From: an uncultured delta proteobacterium | Lineage (GTDB): Bacteria > Desulfobacterota > Binatia > UBA9968 | Direction of reading: 5' to 3' | NCBI GenBank assembly: GCA_963737905.1 | Contig: CAVTUQ010000005.1 | Location: 64,001 to 128,000 of the forward strand | Length of the DNA: 64,000 nucleotides | Part shown: positions 62,904 to 64,000 of the stretch, piece by piece | Layout of the letters: each line of letters opens with the position of its first letter | Numbering within the stretch: position 1 is the first letter of the stretch | The notes under the pieces: model-generated | What the model was told of the DNA's origin: nothing | The model's database searches: none | The model's input: the letters and a program-made list of their open reading frames with translations, nothing else | Program-made: the position numbers and the translations under genes

Positions 62904-63746
62904 TCAACCTGAAAAGCGCGGCGATCGTGTACGTTGTTGCCGGCGAAACCAGAACACGATCTCAAGAACAAAGAATAGAGCCGCGGCGGTCAATACGATG
63001 GTAGCGGCCGAAGATATGTCCAGATAGAAACTCAAATACATTCCGGTTGCACCGCATACGATCCCGATGAGAGGAGAAAGAATCAACAGCCGTTGAAATC
63101 GATTGGTTAGGTAACGGGCAATGACCGGAGGGATCACCATGGCGGCGGCGACCAAGGTGACGCCGAGAATTTGGGTCGAGGCCAATACCGTGACCGCAAG
63201 CAGGGTAATGAAAATCAGATCGATTTTGCCGGTGGAGACACCGTAGGCAGAAGCAACTTCCGGATCGAAGGTGGCGAACAGTAGTTGCCGGCGCATGATA
63301 ATAAGCGCACAGAAAACGATTAGAGATATGACGATGACGATCCAGAGATCCTTTTGAGTGATGCCGAGGATGTTGCCGAAGAGCGCGACCTCGATGTTGC
63401 GGGTAAAGCTCCGATAGGTCGAGACGATGGCTACGCCGAGGGCAAAACTGGAAGTCGTAACGACACCGATGGCGGCATCGGCCCCGACCCAGCGCCGGTG
63501 GCTGATCAGGTGGATGAGAAAACCGGCAAATAGCGCCCACAGCCCGGCGCCAACAAAGAAATTGACGTTCATCACGTAGCTCAGGACAGCGCCGCCGAAG
63601 ATGGCGTGGGAGAGGCCATGGCCTATGTAGCTCATCCGGCGCAGAACGACGTAGACGCCGATAAAGCCGCAAAGCGCGCCGACGACGACGGCGGCTAGAA
63701 AGCCGTTGCGAAAAAATTCGTATTCAAATGGGACTAACAAGGACAT
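62904..63746 (-). CDS. metal ABC transporter permease (ZnuB/MntB family)
   Basis: G..VVLRRMS..G.GLSHA, DAAIG, LFGNIL, FDPEVA, IPP..A. Confidence 0.95.
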   Translation of the reverse strand: MSLLVPFEYEFFRNGFLAAVVVGALCGFIGVYVVLRRMSYIGHGLSHAIFGGAVLSYVMNVNFFVGAGLWALFAGFLIHLISHRRWVGADAAIGVVTTSSFALGVAIVSTYRSFTRNIEVALFGNILGITQKDLWIVIVISLIVFCALIIMRRQLLFATFDPEVASAYGVSTGKIDLIFITLLAVTVLASTQILGVTLVAAAMVIPPVIARYLTNRFQRLLILSPLIGIVCGATGMYLSFYLDISSAATIVLTAAALFFVLEIVFWFRRQQRTRSPRFSG

Positions 63747-63748
63747 GA

Positions 63749-63831
63749 GTTCAAATCGTTCAAAATGTTCAAGCCGTTCAATCCGTGTTTGGACGTTTTG
63801 AACTTTTTGAACGGCTGGAACGATTTGAACG
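63749..63831. repeat. inverted pair of nonamer arrays (GTTCAAnnn x4 / TTGAACnnn-like x5)
   Basis: gttcaaatc gttcaaaat gttcaagcc gttcaatcc, then ttggacgtt ttgaacttt ttgaacggc tggaacgat ttgaacg. Confidence 0.8.
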
Positions 63832-63840
63832 CGTCTTCAT

Positions 63841-64000
63841 TTATGTGTGCGGCGCGTGGGGTCGCTCGCCGATCATGACCATGCCGTCGTGGTGGAAGAC
63901 GACCATTTCGCCTCGGTAGGTTTCCTTGAGGACGGAGGCGTTGAGTACTTCTTGAGGACGTCCTTCGGCAATCAACCGGCGATTGAGGCAGGCAACCCAC
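63841..64000 (-). CDS. 3' end of a metal ABC transporter ATP-binding protein (not in the ORF track)
   Basis: Frame reads WVACLNRRLIAEGRPQEVLNASVLKETY...HAPHT-TAA, a typical ZnuC-family tail, upstream of the permease. Confidence 0.8.
   Translation of the reverse strand, partial: WVACLNRRLIAEGRPQEVLNASVLKETYRGEMVVFHHDGMVMIGERPHAPHT

Noticed and set aside
63749-63831. CRISPR array (also considered for the other short arrays)
   Set aside because: Units are 7-9 nt with no unique spacers, and no cas genes are present.
63734-64000. Track ORF of 88 aa at the right edge
   Set aside because: Wrong frame; the ABC ATPase tail is in the adjacent frame ending at 63841.

Overview
Bacterial chromosomal window, moderately GC-rich. 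The gene repertoire suggests a Deltaproteobacteria-like or Candidatus Binatia-type organism (inference only). The left half is mostly housekeeping: MFS, larC, an alpha/beta hydrolase, an 11-subunit complex I operon (nuoABCDHIJKLMN, no EFG), a sensor kinase, GST, cytochrome c, groES-groEL, HtrA, phoH, yjbQ, cinA-thpR-recA-recX-alaS and an M23 peptidase. Isolated frameshifts in nuoD and the hydrolase, and a garbled stretch in alaS, look like long-read indel errors. Two regions stand out. (1) A SCO / VKOR-thioredoxin / rhodanese / queC / DUF58 / VWA operon: the rhodanese lipoprotein has an in-frame UGA exactly at its catalytic Cys position, followed by a SECIS-like hairpin, so it is a probable exported selenoprotein that the ORF track truncates. 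(2) A ~16 kb envelope metal (probably copper) handling island at 48-64 kb. It holds a His-rich leader ORF ending in the ribosome-arrest motif RAPP, a non-TonB outer-membrane protein, two CopC, DUF4198, CopD fused to a His-motif domain that is also encoded stand-alone, a CECC-motif BNR lipoprotein, TlpA, and three paralogs of an unrecognised two-domain protein with a Cox11/CtaG-like single-Cys C-terminus interleaved with two SCO proteins. Intergenic 7-mer and 9-mer tandem/inverted arrays recur. No rRNA, tRNA, CRISPR array, transposase or integrase was recognised.
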